Shown: one piece after another, positions 63,346 to 64,000 of the stretch | How positions within the stretch are numbered: position 1 is the first letter of the stretch | Layout of the letters: each line of letters starts with the position of its first letter | Assembly (NCBI GenBank): GCA_015491235.1 | Contig: WFWG01000353.1 | Location: forward strand, 1,342-65,341 | DNA length: 64,000 nt | From: Ardenticatenaceae bacterium | GTDB taxonomy: Bacteria; Chloroflexota; Anaerolineae; Ardenticatenales; Ardenticatenaceae | Direction: 5' to 3' | The notes under the pieces: generated by a model | The model's database searches: none | What the model was told of the DNA's origin: nothing | Seen by the model: only the letters and a program-made list of their open reading frames with translations | Position numbers and translations under genes: made by a program

Positions 63346-64000
63346 ATGAAGGTGTACCTGCTGCACTTTGTTGTTTTCTGGGGTGTGTGGCTGCTCATAC
63401 CACTCCTTGTTGACGGAATAACCGCCGTCGGTGCGATGGTGGGCGTGGTAATTGCACGCTGGCGACGTCGGCGGCGTCGGCAGCCACTCGCGTATTTCCC
63501 CTTCGTTTCTGTTGTTATACCGGTTTACAACAGCGCAGAAACGCTGGAAGCCTGTCTGCGCTCCTTGGCCAGGCAGGACTACCCTCACGAGCGCATGGAA
63601 GTCTTGCTTATCAGCAACGGCACCACCGACCATTCCTTTGAGGTCTTCTCCCGCCTGCAACCCGAGCTGCCCTTCCACGTCGGGTGGCATTCCATAATCA
63701 ACAAGGGCAAGGCGTGGGCGTTGAACGCTGGCATTCACCTGGCCAAAGGAAAGTACATTTTCAACGTGGATAGCGATGTAGTCCTTGCTCCCGATGCCGT
63801 CCGCCAGGTGGTGGAAGTGATGGAGGCGGAGCCCGATTTGGGGGCAGTGACCGGCGCCATCGAGGTTCTGCCGCCGCCCCCAAATGCCCCGTGGCACCGG
63901 CACTTGCTGGCTGCTTGCGAGTTCTTCGAGTACATTACTGCCTTTCACGTTGGCCGAGAGTACCAGGCTCTGCTTCAAAACCTCTACACACTCTCCGGTG
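63346..64000 (+). CDS. GT2 glycosyltransferase with N-terminal TM (PgaC/exosortase-associated type), 3' end beyond the window
   Basis: Open to the window edge, so absent from the track. Translation is MKVYLLHFVVFWGVWLLIPLL...FVSVVIPVYNSAETLEACLRSL...FNVDSDVVLAPDA. Confidence 0.8.
   Translation, partial: MKVYLLHFVVFWGVWLLIPLLVDGITAVGAMVGVVIARWRRRRRRQPLAYFPFVSVVIPVYNSAETLEACLRSLARQDYPHERMEVLLISNGTTDHSFEVFSRLQPELPFHVGWHSIINKGKAWALNAGIHLAKGKYIFNVDSDVVLAPDAVRQVVEVMEAEPDLGAVTGAIEVLPPPPNAPWHRHLLAACEFFEYITAFHVGREYQALLQNLYTLSG

Overview
High-GC bacterial chromosomal segment. Single 60-nt coding lines I hand-counted in core genes run up to about 73% G+C. Gene content and the recurring TTGACA-16/17-TACAAT promoters fit a Chloroflexota-like organism, but that is inference only.

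I can support about 55 protein genes:
- Central metabolism and housekeeping: two-subunit class I fumarase, murE, ruvA, hbd, pcm, mutS2, pepF, a UDG-family gene and an IDO-family dioxygenase.
- A one-carbon/methionine block: glyA, a fused homocysteine-methyltransferase/MTHFR, two CBS proteins, an FprA-type reductase and metH.
- An HMG-CoA-synthase-like/DUF35 fusion with its thiolase.
- A multi-GAF histidine kinase with a dual-REC LuxR regulator.
- An unusual density of polytopic GT-C/YfhO-like envelope proteins, plus DUF2079 and a polyprenol-phosphate GT2.

There is one tRNA (tRNA-Sec). I saw no rRNA, CRISPR array, transposase or integrase.

Lower-GC accessory pieces:
1. A toxin-antitoxin islet at 14.3-15.5 kb: hicB with an amber-disrupted hicA, plus a DUF2281/MazF pair.
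2. A two-gene ABC-type ATPase plus unknown small partner cassette joined to the metH stop codon (21257-22910). This is my best candidate for an undescribed defence-like system.
3. A UPF0175/DUF3368-PIN toxin-antitoxin cassette flanked by 46-bp perfect direct repeats, splitting the HMGCS-like/thiolase operon (42.56-43.64 kb).
4. A lower-GC terminal locus (58.2-64 kb): a degenerate PTPS/QueD-like gene, a large YfhO-like membrane protein, a secreted protein with a C-terminal sorting-type anchor, an exosortase-like protein carrying Ser where the catalytic Cys is expected, and a GT2.

A roughly 160-180 bp MITE-like structured repeat occurs three times and is associated with CAGTGAN heptamer arrays. 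Many long ORFs in the supplied track are antisense shadows of real genes and were rejected.
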